Shown piece after piece: positions 1 through 10,147 of a stretch of DNA of 64,000 bases. Below the pieces are notes generated by a model, which saw only the letters and a program-made list of their open reading frames with translations, searched no databases and had not been told where the DNA came from. Position numbers and translations under genes: made by a program. This stretch comes from Phototrophicaceae bacterium (GTDB taxonomy: Bacteria > Chloroflexota > Anaerolineae > Aggregatilineales > Phototrophicaceae). Within the stretch, counting starts at the first letter, position 1; each line of letters begins with the position of its first letter. Location: contig OZ252218.1 of NCBI GenBank assembly GCA_965249085.1, forward strand, positions 501,859 through 565,858, written 5' to 3'.

Positions 1-452
1 TCATCAACCAGCGACTCAATGAAGATCGTATCTTCACCGAGATCGACTGCCGCAGTCTCGCCTGTCTCAGACAGAGTGCCACCCATGTCTTGCAGCGCCC
101 CGTCCAAAATCGGCAGCAGGTCCCGCGCCATCACCGGAATGTCCACCACGCCTTGCACGCCGTAGCGGCGAGCCAACTCATGGACTTCGGGGCGGTCAGG
201 CGCCAATACGATGGCGATATCACTCTGACGCGCGCGCATCAATTCAACCATGATCTCAGGTGATATCGTCAAGCCTTCGGTGTCGAGCAGGACTAATTGC
301 TGTGGTGTTTCGCGCAACTGTTCGATGGCATTTCGCACTTCGGCCACCGTCGCCACGCTGTATTCGCCCAGCGCTTCCAATGCCCGTTTGACATCGATTG
401 CAAACTGTACATTGCGCGTGATCAGCATGATCCGCTTCAAAGCAATCGCCAT
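1..452 (-). CDS. Receiver-like (CheY-fold) domain protein; the C-terminal part runs off the window edge
   Basis: Manual minus-strand translation from ATG at 452..450 gives MAIALKRIMLITRNVQFAIDVKRALEALGEYSVATVAEVRNAIEQLRETPQQLVLLDTEGL...DIAIVLAP...GVVDIP... with no stop before position 1. The beta1/beta3/beta4/beta5 spacing fits a REC domain. It is absent from the ORF track because it is truncated by the window. Confidence 0.45.
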   Translation of the reverse strand, partial: MAIALKRIMLITRNVQFAIDVKRALEALGEYSVATVAEVRNAIEQLRETPQQLVLLDTEGLTISPEIMVELMRARQSDIAIVLAPDRPEVHELARRYGVQGVVDIPVMARDLLPILDGALQDMGGTLSETGETAAVDLGEDTIFIESLVD

Positions 453-531
453 TTCGATTTCCCGCGAGTTGCCCTCAGGACGTTATCACCGATTTTATCA
501 CAAGCGGGCTGCGCGACAAACGAATTGGAGC

Positions 532-1263
532 TCAGCCGGCGACCACCAGCACCCGACTGCAATCGCCGTATTCGGTTGTGAAATCGCCGCTAACCCAGCC
601 GATTCTGTTGTCCACATTGAGTCGCCACCAGCTGTGTTCGCTGTTGCGCCCCGTGATCGGCGCCAATGTGCCGCTGGCAAGCACGGTGATGATTTGGTAA
701 CCGGTGCTGGCTCCAGTGCGGAAATTCAAACCGACGTTGATCAAAGCGCGGCAGACGCCATCATTGGGAATGAAGGGAACATTCGACTGCTGCGCCGGCG
801 TGGCGATGACCTCCGAATGCGACTCGCGGACGACGACCGTGATCTCGTCAGGCTCACTCACGACGACGCCACGGTAGGCCAATGCCCGCAACTTTATCGC
901 ACCAAGGTCGGCGCGCTGCGGCACATAATTCAGAATCGCCTGCATCGCCAGATCGCCTTGCAAAGACTCGGACGAAACCGTACGGACGATCTGATTGTCG
1001 ACGAAGAGCTGTACCCGATTGACACCAATGCTGTCACCCGCCAGCACGGAGACCAGGATCTCCTCGCCGATGACAAATTCAGCGCCGTCGTTCGGTGACG
1101 CAATCATAATCGATGGCGGTCCCGAGGGCTCTGCAGTCGCCTCCGTCTGATTGGATTCAGCGGTCCGGCCCTGCAGGTTACAGGCCGCCAAGCATAGACA
1201 GATGGTAATGCGTATCAGACGCCGAATTCGGTTCAGTCTGTTTCGAGTGGACTGCGTTATCAT
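532..1263 (-). CDS. Lipoprotein with an Ig-like domain and a C-terminal bacterial SH3 (SH3b) domain
   Basis: Internal ATG at 1263 (MITQSTRNRLNRIRRLIRITICLCLAAC) gives a signal peptide with lipobox L-A-A-C. The C-terminal ...LNFRTGASTGYQIITVLASGTLAPITGRNSEHSWWRLNVDNRIGWVSGDF is SH3b-like. The start shares 1 nt with the miaB stop (TGATG). Confidence 0.65.
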   Translation of the reverse strand: MITQSTRNRLNRIRRLIRITICLCLAACNLQGRTAESNQTEATAEPSGPPSIMIASPNDGAEFVIGEEILVSVLAGDSIGVNRVQLFVDNQIVRTVSSESLQGDLAMQAILNYVPQRADLGAIKLRALAYRGVVVSEPDEITVVVRESHSEVIATPAQQSNVPFIPNDGVCRALINVGLNFRTGASTGYQIITVLASGTLAPITGRNSEHSWWRLNVDNRIGWVSGDFTTEYGDCSRVLVVAG

Positions 1264-2639
1264 CAACCGGCGACTACGAGCAGGGGATCCGCCTTCTGCT
1301 GATGCTGTGGCAGGCGCGCCTGCATACTCCAGGGACCGGTCCAGGTGACTTCGACTTCCGCCAGCCTGCCCTTCCAATCGCCCTCGGCTTCAAAGAAGAC
1401 CAGCTTGTTCTGCGGGGTTCGGGCGCGCCATCGGCCTTTGTGCTGTTCTTCAACCAGCACTTCAACCCTTTGACCAAGATACTGCGCATTGATGTCCGCC
1501 ACGACGCGCGCCTGCAATTCCTCCAGCATCTTGTGCCGCTCGCGCTTTTCTTCTTCCGGCACATCATCGTCCATGCGCCGATCGCTGACCGTTTGTGGCC
1601 GCGGGCTGTAACGCGCCAGATGCGCCTTATCGAGCTTCAACTCTTCCAGGATCTGGTAGGTTTTCATGAATTGCTTGTGTGTCTCGCCAGGGAATCCCAC
1701 GATAATATCGGTATGAATCGCGACCTGGGGGATGAGATTGCGGATCTTCGCCACTAGCTTCCGATATTGATCGGCCGTGTAGCCACGGCGCATCCGTGCC
1801 AGAACAGTATCGTCCCCGGCTTGAATCGGCACTTCGATATGAGGCATGACGCGGGGCAACTCAGCGACTGCGCTCAGCAAATTTTCCGTCATCCAATTGG
1901 GATGCGAGGTCAGGAAGCGGATGCGCTCAATGCCGACCTCTTCCGCGACTCCGTTCACGATGCGCAGCAAATCCGCGAGATCGGGTCCGTCAGGAATATC
2001 CTTGCCATAACGATCGACGATCTGACCCAAAAGCGTTACTTCCTTCACGCCTTGCGCCGCCAGACTGCGGATGTGAGCCACGATCTCGCCGACTCGCCGA
2101 CTCCGTTCCACACCCCTGCGGAAGGGAATGATGCAAAAAGCGCAAGCATGGGAGCAGCCATGGACGATCGGCACATGGGCGCTGACCAATTGTCCGCGCT
2201 CGTGCAGCGGCAGCACCAATTCGCCGTCTTGCAAGGCGTCGCGCTCCTGACGCGCCGTCACTTCCAGCTCAAGCACCTCGGCCTCGTCGGTCCGCTCCTT
2301 GAGGAAATCAACCATCGGCGCCGGATCGGACGGTGGCATGAAGACATCGACATAGGGCAAACGCTGCCGCATCCAAAGCGGGTCGCGCACGCCGACCATG
2401 CAGCCCATCACGCCGATGATCTTGGCCGGCTGGGATTCCTTGACCTTGTTCAACAATCCAAGGCGCCCCAATCCCTTGTCCTCGGCGCTCTGCCGCACGA
2501 CGCAGGTATTGACGATCATGATATCGGCATCGTCGCCGTTCGGCGCCGCGCGATGTCCCAGCTTCTCCAATTCGGATGCCAACAGTTGCGAGTCAGCAAC
2601 GTTCATTTGACAGCCGAGCGTCCAAATGTGATAGCGCAT
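1263..2639 (-). CDS. miaB: tRNA-i6A37 methylthiotransferase MiaB (radical SAM)
   Basis: N-terminal MRYHIWTLGCQMNVADSQ (UPF0004 domain), radical-SAM CSHACAFCIIP motif, and a C-terminal TRAM-like region. Confidence 0.9.
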   Translation of the reverse strand: MRYHIWTLGCQMNVADSQLLASELEKLGHRAAPNGDDADIMIVNTCVVRQSAEDKGLGRLGLLNKVKESQPAKIIGVMGCMVGVRDPLWMRQRLPYVDVFMPPSDPAPMVDFLKERTDEAEVLELEVTARQERDALQDGELVLPLHERGQLVSAHVPIVHGCSHACAFCIIPFRRGVERSRRVGEIVAHIRSLAAQGVKEVTLLGQIVDRYGKDIPDGPDLADLLRIVNGVAEEVGIERIRFLTSHPNWMTENLLSAVAELPRVMPHIEVPIQAGDDTVLARMRRGYTADQYRKLVAKIRNLIPQVAIHTDIIVGFPGETHKQFMKTYQILEELKLDKAHLARYSPRPQTVSDRRMDDDVPEEEKRERHKMLEELQARVVADINAQYLGQRVEVLVEEQHKGRWRARTPQNKLVFFEAEGDWKGRLAEVEVTWTGPWSMQARLPQHQQKADPLLVVAG

Positions 2640-2772
2640 CAGGCAGTTTCGCTCACTTCATGCGTACGCGGGTATTGTAGTCCAAGCGCCGTTGCCGGTC
2701 AATGTAAGTCACGCGGCGCCAATGCTATCTGGCTCCACCACTGTAAATGAGGAGCGCCCACTGTGAACCGCG

Positions 2773-5340
2773 CTAAGCCCAGACGATTTTATTCGGCACA
2801 AAAGGCGTATGAAGATACTCGTGGTACGGCAGGATCCTGACCGAGAAACCCACGTGGCCGGTGGTCAGATAAACGTGTTCGGCAGTGAAGGTATATGCGC
2901 CACTGCCGTTTTCGCACTGAAGTCGCATATCAACCGTCTGTCCCTCGCGGATGTTGCCGGCTGTATCCAGCATCCCGTAATACAACTGTACATTGACATC
3001 TTCCGGCCTGAGTTGACCGAGCAGCACGCGCGCGTGAATCTCAGTGTGACTGCCGATCTCGACATCGCCGTCACGTATGTCCACATCCAATACGGAGACC
3101 TCATGCCAGACTTGATCGAGATGCTGACGCCAGCGCACGAATTCGGCAGTCCCGGCGAAGGCCGCGCAACGCATCGCCTGGCTAACCTGAAAACGCGGCA
3201 GGTAAAACTCGTCGGTGTACTGCTGGACCATACGATGCGTATTGAAATGCGGCGCCAGCTTTAACATGCTGCGCTTGACACGTCGAATCCACTCGCGCGG
3301 CAATCCATCGCGCGACTGGCGATAGAACAGCGGCACGATGTCCTGCTCCAGCAGGTTGTACAAGGCCTGGCTCTCAACGTAGTCTTGATGCGCCCATTCG
3401 TCTTCGGGGTATTCTTCGCCGTAGCCAATTGACCAGCCCACATCGTGGTTGAAGGCTTCTGCCCACCAGCCGTCGAGGATGCTGCAATTCAAGCCGCCGT
3501 TATAAATGACTTTCATGCCGCTGGTGCCGCTCGCTTCCTTGGGCCGGCGCGGATTGTTCAGCCAGACATCGACGCCCTGCACCATATAGCGGGCGACGTT
3601 CATGTCGTAGTTTTCCAGAAAGACGATCGAGTTGCGAAAGTCGTGATCGCGGGCGACGTTGACAATCGTACGGATTAATTCTTTGCCTTCGTTGTCATGC
3701 GGATGCGCCTTGCCGGCAAAGATGAATTGGACCGGGCGCTCGCTATCAGTAAGCAGTCGGCGCAGTCGGCCCAGATCGCGAAAGATCAAGGTAGAACGCT
3801 TATACGTGGCGAAGCGCCGGGCGAATCCGATCGTCAACGCATCCGGATTCAGTACTTCGTCCGCCGCCTCAATCTCCGTTTGGGACATGCCTCGGCGTTG
3901 TAGCTGCTGACGCAGGCGCTCGCGCGCAAAGGCGACCAGCCGTTCACGCCGGCGCACATGAGTCCGCCACAATTCGGCATCAGGTATGCTCAACACGCCG
4001 TCCCACACTTCCTGTCGGGACTCTTCCATCCGCCAGGCCGGATCGAGATAGCGGTCGAAGAGCTGCGCCATTTCCTGGCTGACCCAGGTCTGAACGTGCA
4101 CCCCGTTCGTGATGGCGCGGATCGGCACTTCGTGTACCGGCACATTGGGATACACCCAATTCCACATGTCACGTGAAACTTCGCCGTGCAGCTGCGCGAC
4201 GCCATTCGTGCCCGAAGACAGGTTCAGTGCCATGACGGACATGGAAAAAAGGTCGTAATGCCCCATGTTCTCGCGCCCGAGGTCGAAGAATTCTTCACGC
4301 GACAATCCGAGTTCATTCATCAAGTCGGCGAAATGCTCATCTATCAGGTCGAAGCCGAATCGTTCCAGACCAGCCGGCACCGGCGTGTGGACCGTGAAGA
4401 CGCTGCTGGCCGCCGTCAGCGCCTTGGCTTGCTCATAACACACATCATGATCGCGCATGAAATTTCGGATGCGCTCCAAGAGCAGAAATGCTGAATGGCC
4501 TTCATTCATATGAAATATGTCAGCTTTGATGCCCAGGGCGCGCAGCAGCCGTACGCCGCCAATGCCCATCAGTATTTCCTGACATATGCGCGTCCGCCCG
4601 TCGCCGCCATACAATCGGTCGGTCAAGTTCCGATCCTCTTCCAGTACATTCTCGTCAACGTTGGTGTCAAGCAGATAAAGGGAGACTCGCCCAACCTGCA
4701 CCCTCCAAATTTGCGCGTACAGGTCGCGGCCGGGAAGCGGCACAGTAATCTTGACCGGCTCGCCCTTGGCGTCAGTTTGCAGCTTGACCGGCAGATTGAC
4801 GTAGTCATTCAGCGGGTACGATTCCAGTTGGTAGCCATCGGCATTGAGATATTGCCGGAAGTAGCCTTCCTGATACAGAATGCCAACGCCGACCAGCGGA
4901 ATGTTCAGATCGCTGGCGCTTTTCAGATGATCGCCGCTGAGTACGCCCAATCCGCCGGAGTAATTTTGCAGGCACTCAGTTAAGCCGAATTCCATCGAGA
5001 AATAGGTGATGACCGGTTGACGCTCCAGCTGCCCATACTGCTCATCGAACCAGGTGTTTTCGGCGCGCATATAGTCGTCAAATGTGCGACAGACACGCGC
5101 ATAGTGAGCCATAAACGAAGTGTCAGTGACCAAAGAATTCAGGCGTTCCTGGCTCATGCGTCCCAGCATCCATTCGGGATTGTGCTGCGTCTCTTCCCAG
5201 AGATCTGGATCCAGCCGCCGAAACAATGAAATGGCTTCGTGATCCCAAGCCCAGCACAGGTTGTAAGTCAGTTCATGCAATCGACCGAGTTGCGGTGGAA
5301 GTTTAGGCGCGACGTTGACTCTGGCTACCGGTTGTACCAT
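2773..5340 (-). CDS. glgP: Alpha-glucan family phosphorylase (GT35)
   Basis: 855 aa. The N-terminal NLCWAWDHEAISLFRRLDPDLWE is the DUF3417-type N-terminus. The PLP-lysine motif EASGTSGMK is present. Confidence 0.9.
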   Translation of the reverse strand: MVQPVARVNVAPKLPPQLGRLHELTYNLCWAWDHEAISLFRRLDPDLWEETQHNPEWMLGRMSQERLNSLVTDTSFMAHYARVCRTFDDYMRAENTWFDEQYGQLERQPVITYFSMEFGLTECLQNYSGGLGVLSGDHLKSASDLNIPLVGVGILYQEGYFRQYLNADGYQLESYPLNDYVNLPVKLQTDAKGEPVKITVPLPGRDLYAQIWRVQVGRVSLYLLDTNVDENVLEEDRNLTDRLYGGDGRTRICQEILMGIGGVRLLRALGIKADIFHMNEGHSAFLLLERIRNFMRDHDVCYEQAKALTAASSVFTVHTPVPAGLERFGFDLIDEHFADLMNELGLSREEFFDLGRENMGHYDLFSMSVMALNLSSGTNGVAQLHGEVSRDMWNWVYPNVPVHEVPIRAITNGVHVQTWVSQEMAQLFDRYLDPAWRMEESRQEVWDGVLSIPDAELWRTHVRRRERLVAFARERLRQQLQRRGMSQTEIEAADEVLNPDALTIGFARRFATYKRSTLIFRDLGRLRRLLTDSERPVQFIFAGKAHPHDNEGKELIRTIVNVARDHDFRNSIVFLENYDMNVARYMVQGVDVWLNNPRRPKEASGTSGMKVIYNGGLNCSILDGWWAEAFNHDVGWSIGYGEEYPEDEWAHQDYVESQALYNLLEQDIVPLFYRQSRDGLPREWIRRVKRSMLKLAPHFNTHRMVQQYTDEFYLPRFQVSQAMRCAAFAGTAEFVRWRQHLDQVWHEVSVLDVDIRDGDVEIGSHTEIHARVLLGQLRPEDVNVQLYYGMLDTAGNIREGQTVDMRLQCENGSGAYTFTAEHVYLTTGHVGFSVRILPYHEYLHTPFVPNKIVWA

Positions 5341-5634
5341 GCTTCAGGCTCCCACGTGGTCGGTGACCAATTCGGGCAGTCAAAACGACTATTGTATCGT
5401 TAATCCGGCGCGAATCCACCGCTGTTATCCGTATTGCAGCCCGCGCTTTGGCAAGTCACAGTGAACAATGGAAACAGGGGCCCGGCGGCAACAAGTCTTG
5501 TGCAGGATTCACAGTGCGCCGCGCCCAATTGCCGGCTACTCGATTCATTTCACAATTCCGCTGATTTCAATTATGATAAGAAATAAGAGTCACTGACTTA
5601 GTCGTGATGTTTGCTCAACCTCTGGAGAGGACAC

Positions 5635-5931
5635 ATGCTGAAGAAACAGTACTTGAAAAGCAAGGACATCTGCAAAGTAACGTTCTACACAGCGCCGGCG
5701 CTTGAAGCGGAGAAAGTCTCCCTGGTCGGCGAATTCAACGAATGGAACGAAACGGCCACGCCGATGAAACCACTCAAGGACGGGCGCTTTAAGGCTACGA
5801 TCGAGCTACCGCCAGCTGGCTGCTTCGAGTTCCGCTATCTGATCAATGACATTGAATGGCACAACGATTGGGAAGCCGACCAATATGTTCCGAATCCGTT
5901 CAGCGGAGATAATTCAGTAGTCGAGGTTTAA
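5635..5931 (+). CDS. Stand-alone CBM48/AMPK-beta-like glycogen-binding module protein (copy 1)
   Basis: MLKKQYLKSKDICKVTFY...VSLVGEFNEWNETATPMKPLKDGRFKATIELPPAGCFEFRYLINDIEWHNDW. Start chosen at ATG 5635 behind GGAGAGG, parallel to the MLKKRF start of copy 2. Confidence 0.75.
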   Translation: MLKKQYLKSKDICKVTFYTAPALEAEKVSLVGEFNEWNETATPMKPLKDGRFKATIELPPAGCFEFRYLINDIEWHNDWEADQYVPNPFSGDNSVVEV

Positions 5932-5936
5932 GACTG

Positions 5937-6233
5937 ATGCTGAAGAAACGTTTCCTCAAGAGCAGCCAGGCGGTTCAGGTTACGTTCTACACAGCAGAAT
6001 CAATCAATGCGGAATCTGTCTGCCTGGTCGGTGATTTCAACGACTGGGACGAGACCGCCACGCCAATGACGCCGCTAAAGGACGGACGATTCAAGGTCAT
6101 GCTCGAGCTTGAACCAGATTCTGACTACGAGTTCCGCTATCTGGTCAACGGCGACGAATGGCACAATGACTGGGAACCGGATCGATACGCGCCGAATCCC
6201 CACGGCGGCGACAACTGCGTCGTCACAACCTGA
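5937..6233 (+). CDS. Stand-alone CBM48/AMPK-beta-like glycogen-binding module protein (copy 2, tandem paralogue)
   Basis: MLKKRFLKSSQAVQVTFY...VCLVGDFNDWDETATPMTPLKDGRFKVMLELEPDSDYEFRYLVNGDEWHNDW. It is colinear with copy 1 and starts 5 nt after the copy 1 stop. Confidence 0.75.
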   Translation: MLKKRFLKSSQAVQVTFYTAESINAESVCLVGDFNDWDETATPMTPLKDGRFKVMLELEPDSDYEFRYLVNGDEWHNDWEPDRYAPNPHGGDNCVVTT

Positions 6234-6242
6234 ATGCTGCAG

Positions 6243-6274
6243 CAGGTCTCCACAACGGAGACCTGTTCCTTTTT
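6243..6274 (+). terminator. Rho-independent terminator after the CBM48 pair
   Basis: Perfect 9-bp stem CAGGTCTCC/GGAGACCTG (6243-6251 / 6257-6265) with a 5-nt loop, followed by TTCCTTTTT. Confidence 0.8.
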
Positions 6275-6328
6275 GCCCGGTTGCGTTAGCGGCCAAAACT
6301 GCAATGGAAGGGTAACGCCCTCGACAAT

Positions 6329-7108
6329 CTAGCTGTTCATTCGATCGCGCCAAGCCACAAGGTTTTCCATCTTGTCGTAGTCGGGCGGCACTGGGCTCAT
6401 CAAAATGAAATGGGTACAACCGGCTTCGGCATATCCGTCGAGATTAGCGAGCATGTCTTCCTGAAATGGGATCGACACCGTACGCTCGATTGACGCCGGG
6501 TCGCGTCCGACCTCGGCACACCACTGGTCGAGAACGCGGCATTTGTGCGCGTAGATCTCCGGCGGCCCAAACCCGTTCCAAAGATCGGCATGCATCGCGG
6601 TCAGTTTCAGCGTGACTTTTTCACCACCGCCGCCAATCATAATCGGAATCGGATTGCGCAGTGGCGGCGGCAATTCCTTGCCCATACGCTCCTTGATAAC
6701 CGGCAGTGACTCGCCCAAGTCGCGCAGACGGCTGCCGGCCGTGCCAAACGCATAGCCAAAGTCGTCGTAATCTTTCTCGAACCAGCCAGCGCCGATGCCC
6801 AGTATCAGTCGGCCGCCGCTGATATGATCGACAGTATTCGCCATTTGCGTCAGCAGCGCTGGATTGCGATAGCTGTTGCAGGTGACCAGCGTGCCGATTT
6901 CAGCGCGCGTCGTTAGCATGGCGATCGCCGTCAGCAAGGTCCAGCCTTCAAAGTGATTGTTATTGCCTTCGCCATAAAGCGGGAAGAAATGATCCCAATT
7001 CCAAATTGTGTCGACGCCGAGCGCCTCGCTCGACTTGACCGCCGTAGCATATTCCCTGTAGCTCACATGCTGCGGATGCAACTGCACACCAACCTTCATT
7101 TTGCCCAT
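6329..7108 (-). CDS. LLM-class (luciferase-like) F420-dependent oxidoreductase
   Basis: MGKMKVGVQLHPQHVSYREY...LGVDTIWNWDHFFPLYG...ILGIGAGWFEKDYDDFGY is typical of the LLM class. ATG 7108 is preceded by GAGGAAAGGTG; the track start at 7126 is a TTG. Confidence 0.75.
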   Translation of the reverse strand: MGKMKVGVQLHPQHVSYREYATAVKSSEALGVDTIWNWDHFFPLYGEGNNNHFEGWTLLTAIAMLTTRAEIGTLVTCNSYRNPALLTQMANTVDHISGGRLILGIGAGWFEKDYDDFGYAFGTAGSRLRDLGESLPVIKERMGKELPPPLRNPIPIMIGGGGEKVTLKLTAMHADLWNGFGPPEIYAHKCRVLDQWCAEVGRDPASIERTVSIPFQEDMLANLDGYAEAGCTHFILMSPVPPDYDKMENLVAWRDRMNS

Positions 7109-7209
7109 CTTTTCACCTTTCCTCAAACAGTTAAACTAACACCAAAATCGAATCGCCCTTGGATCAGGCACAAAAAGCAGCGCGCGCCAATTGCGCGGGC
7201 AAACGCCTA

Positions 7210-8478
7210 TTACCTGCGGTAACGCGTAGAGAAATCCACATCACTGCCCTCTGGCACGTTATTATTGCTGAAACGCGCGAAACTCTCATGTGTGCAATCC
7301 GATCCCACAACTGAGCCCGCGCCTATCGTGAAATCGGGCGGGACGCGCGCATTCTTACCGACACTGGTGATCCGCAAGTCTCCCATATCCTGCCAGGCGC
7401 CGACGCGCGCGTTCTTGCCGATCACGGCTATCTTGTCGACCAGGGAACGCTCGACGTGCGCGCCCGTCTCGATATAGGCGTCGTTTAGAATCACGGATTC
7501 ACGAATCACCGCGCCGGGACCGATGAAGACGCCCGGCGACAATATCGAGCGTTCAATAACGGCGCCGGCGCCAATCACGGAACCATCAGTTATCATGCTG
7601 TCAACGATTCTGGCGTCTGCGCCGACGCGCACCGGCGGCCGCTCTTCGCTGCGCGTATGGATGACCCAGGTGCGGTCATTGAGATTCAACGATGGCGGGC
7701 TCGAGAGCAGGTCCATGTGAGCTTCCCAATAGGCGTCAATCGTACCGACATCAATCCAGTAGCCACCGTAGGGATAGGCAAGTATATTCCGGTTGTCCGC
7801 CACCATTTTCGGCAGGATATCCTTGCCGAAATCATGCTCCGATTCTGGATCGTGCTGGTCTTCCAGCAGCACCCGTTCCAGCACATCGTAGTTAAAGACG
7901 TAGACGCCCATATTCGCCAGGTTTCCCGGCGGTGACTCCGGCTTTTCTATGAATTCAATGACGCGGAAGTCCTGGTCAGTATCGACAATCCCGAAGCGGC
8001 TCGCCTCGTCAAGCGGCACGCGAATCGTGCAGACGGTGGCGACCGCGCCTCTGTCGCGGTGGTATTGCACCAGCATGTCATAATCCATTTCGTAGATGTG
8101 GTCGCCGGAAAGTATGAGGACATACTCGGGCCGGCCCTGCCGAACGAAATTCAGATTCTGCATGACCGCATCAGCTGTGCCGGCATACCAATCCGTATCG
8201 AAACTGCCCTGAAACGGCTGCAGCATACGAACGCCGCCGGTGAACGATCGATCAAGATCCCAGGGACGACCCTTGCCGATGTGATCGTTTAGACTGTGCG
8301 GTCGGTATTGAGTCAGCACCATCACATCAAATACGTTTGAATTGACACAATTGCTAAGCGCAAAATCAATGATGCGGTACTTGCCGCCGAAGGGTACGGC
8401 CGGCTTGGCGCGCTTAATAGTTAAGACTCCCAGTCGTGTTCCCTTGCCACCTGCGAGAATAACTGCCTTTACTTTCAC
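7210..8478 (-). CDS. glgC: Glucose-1-phosphate adenylyltransferase
   Basis: [41 protein letters not shown], plus a C-terminal left-handed beta-helix region. Confidence 0.9.
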   Translation of the reverse strand: MKVKAVILAGGKGTRLGVLTIKRAKPAVPFGGKYRIIDFALSNCVNSNVFDVMVLTQYRPHSLNDHIGKGRPWDLDRSFTGGVRMLQPFQGSFDTDWYAGTADAVMQNLNFVRQGRPEYVLILSGDHIYEMDYDMLVQYHRDRGAVATVCTIRVPLDEASRFGIVDTDQDFRVIEFIEKPESPPGNLANMGVYVFNYDVLERVLLEDQHDPESEHDFGKDILPKMVADNRNILAYPYGGYWIDVGTIDAYWEAHMDLLSSPPSLNLNDRTWVIHTRSEERPPVRVGADARIVDSMITDGSVIGAGAVIERSILSPGVFIGPGAVIRESVILNDAYIETGAHVERSLVDKIAVIGKNARVGAWQDMGDLRITSVGKNARVPPDFTIGAGSVVGSDCTHESFARFSNNNVPEGSDVDFSTRYRR

Positions 8479-8535
8479 CTGCTACTCCTTAATGGATTCG
8501 TACATTTGGCTCTTATGCCGTCTGCATGCCGGTCG

Positions 8536-9999
8536 TCAATTGCTCTCTAGTTTACTGAGCGCCTGTCGATATAGATCCTTATATTCGAGGGCGCTCTTGG
8601 TCCAACTGAAATCAGCGGACATGGCACGGTCTTGCATCCGGCGCCAGGCATCCGGTCGGTCTCGATAGACATCGAGCGCCCAATTAAGTGTGCCTTCTAC
8701 AGCGCCCGCCTCCTGCCAATGGAAGACGAATCCCGTACCAATATCAGCGTCGGCGTTGTCATAGTTGACGACCGTGTCTGCCAGACCGCCGGTTTCGCGC
8801 ACCAGCGGCAACGCGCCGTATCGCATCGCCATCATCTGTCCCATGCCGCAAGGCTCAAAGTGGCTTGGCATCAGGAAGATATCACAGCCGGCATAGATCT
8901 GCTGCGCCAAGGCGCCGTCATATTGCAGAAAAGCCCGCACCTTGTCGCCAAAATCCTGATCCAAGCGCCAGAAGGCATGTTCCAGCTCGGGCTCACCCGT
9001 GCCCAGAACGACGACCTGCAGCTCACGATCGGCAAGTATATTTCGTAATGCCGGCAGCGCCATGTCGAATCCCTTTTGCGCTGCCAAGCGGCTGACGATG
9101 CCCACCAAGGGTACATGGGGAACAATCGGCAGCCGGGCAAATGATTGCAGATGCCGTTTATTGAGCGGACGCGCCTTGACATGATTGTCAACGCTGAAGT
9201 TCGCCAGGAGCGTCGGGTCGGTTGCCGGATCCCATAGATCACTGTCGAGCCCGTTGAGGATGCCTCGCAAATCATCGGCGCGTTCGCCTATAAGAGGCGC
9301 CAACTCGTACCCAGCGTAGGGATATTTGATCTCCTCAGCGTAGCGCGGGCTGACCGTGGAAACCAAATCGCTGTAAGCGATGCCGATGCCAAGCATGTTG
9401 CTTGCCAGGCCGAAACGCATGAGATCGGCATGATGCCTCCCATGGATGCCCGCATGCCAGAGAAATCCGCCGGCGTGATTGCCTTGATAGGCGATATTAT
9501 GAATGCTCAGAACTGTCGCAATCCCCGACCAGTGTTCGTCAGCAGCGTGATCACGCAGGAGGAAGGGCACGAGGCTCGTGTGCCAGTCGTTAACATGCAG
9601 CACCTGTGGCAACCAATCCGCCCGTTCATCCATTTGCTGCAGCGTCGCCATCAAGGCCTGACTGAAATAGATGTATCGCTCCATATCCCAGTCCCAGTGG
9701 CTGTAGACTTCGCCTTCCAGACCAAAATACGGTGGCGACTGCAAAAGGTAAAACGGTATGCCTTCGTTTTCGCAGAGGAACAGTGTCACCTCATGAACCC
9801 CGAGGCGATGATGAAAGTCGAAGCGAAAGATTTCCTCAACCTTATATTTGAGGTGATCGATAAAGCCGTATCCCGGGAGGATCACGCGCGCATCGACGCC
9901 GACCTGTCGCAGCGCTGCCGGCAGCGAACCGACGACATCCGCTAGCCCGCCTACCTTGGCAAATGGCAAAGCTTCTGCGCTCGCCAGCAGGACCTTCAT
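8536..9999 (-). CDS. glgA: Glycogen synthase (GT5)
   Basis: [27 protein letters not shown] is the canonical K-x-G-G-L N-terminus. Start placed at the internal ATG 9999 (residue 23 of the track ORF). Confidence 0.9.
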   Translation of the reverse strand: MKVLLASAEALPFAKVGGLADVVGSLPAALRQVGVDARVILPGYGFIDHLKYKVEEIFRFDFHHRLGVHEVTLFLCENEGIPFYLLQSPPYFGLEGEVYSHWDWDMERYIYFSQALMATLQQMDERADWLPQVLHVNDWHTSLVPFLLRDHAADEHWSGIATVLSIHNIAYQGNHAGGFLWHAGIHGRHHADLMRFGLASNMLGIGIAYSDLVSTVSPRYAEEIKYPYAGYELAPLIGERADDLRGILNGLDSDLWDPATDPTLLANFSVDNHVKARPLNKRHLQSFARLPIVPHVPLVGIVSRLAAQKGFDMALPALRNILADRELQVVVLGTGEPELEHAFWRLDQDFGDKVRAFLQYDGALAQQIYAGCDIFLMPSHFEPCGMGQMMAMRYGALPLVRETGGLADTVVNYDNADADIGTGFVFHWQEAGAVEGTLNWALDVYRDRPDAWRRMQDRAMSADFSWTKSALEYKDLYRQALSKLESN

Positions 10000-10147
10000 C
10001 GTTTCAACCAGATTCCCATTCGCGTTGATTCGAGGCGATTGTAACTTAACATTTATGCTATCCATACAATCACTTGGCCACCTTCGTTGCCAGCATATGC
10101 TACCTGTGCTAGTATTCTCCTGTGGCAGTCAGAGCCGGGAAGAGCGA

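Noticed and set aside
250-1098. Long ORFs antisense to confidently assigned genes: 250-1098, 1767-2750, 15537-16376, 25067-25747, 32647-33309, 43886-44701, 46194-46874 and 52039-53145.
   Set aside because: Each lies opposite a gene with clear family motifs. Their translations are Arg/Ala/Gly/His-rich with no recognisable domain. These are the typical shadow ORFs of GC-rich DNA.
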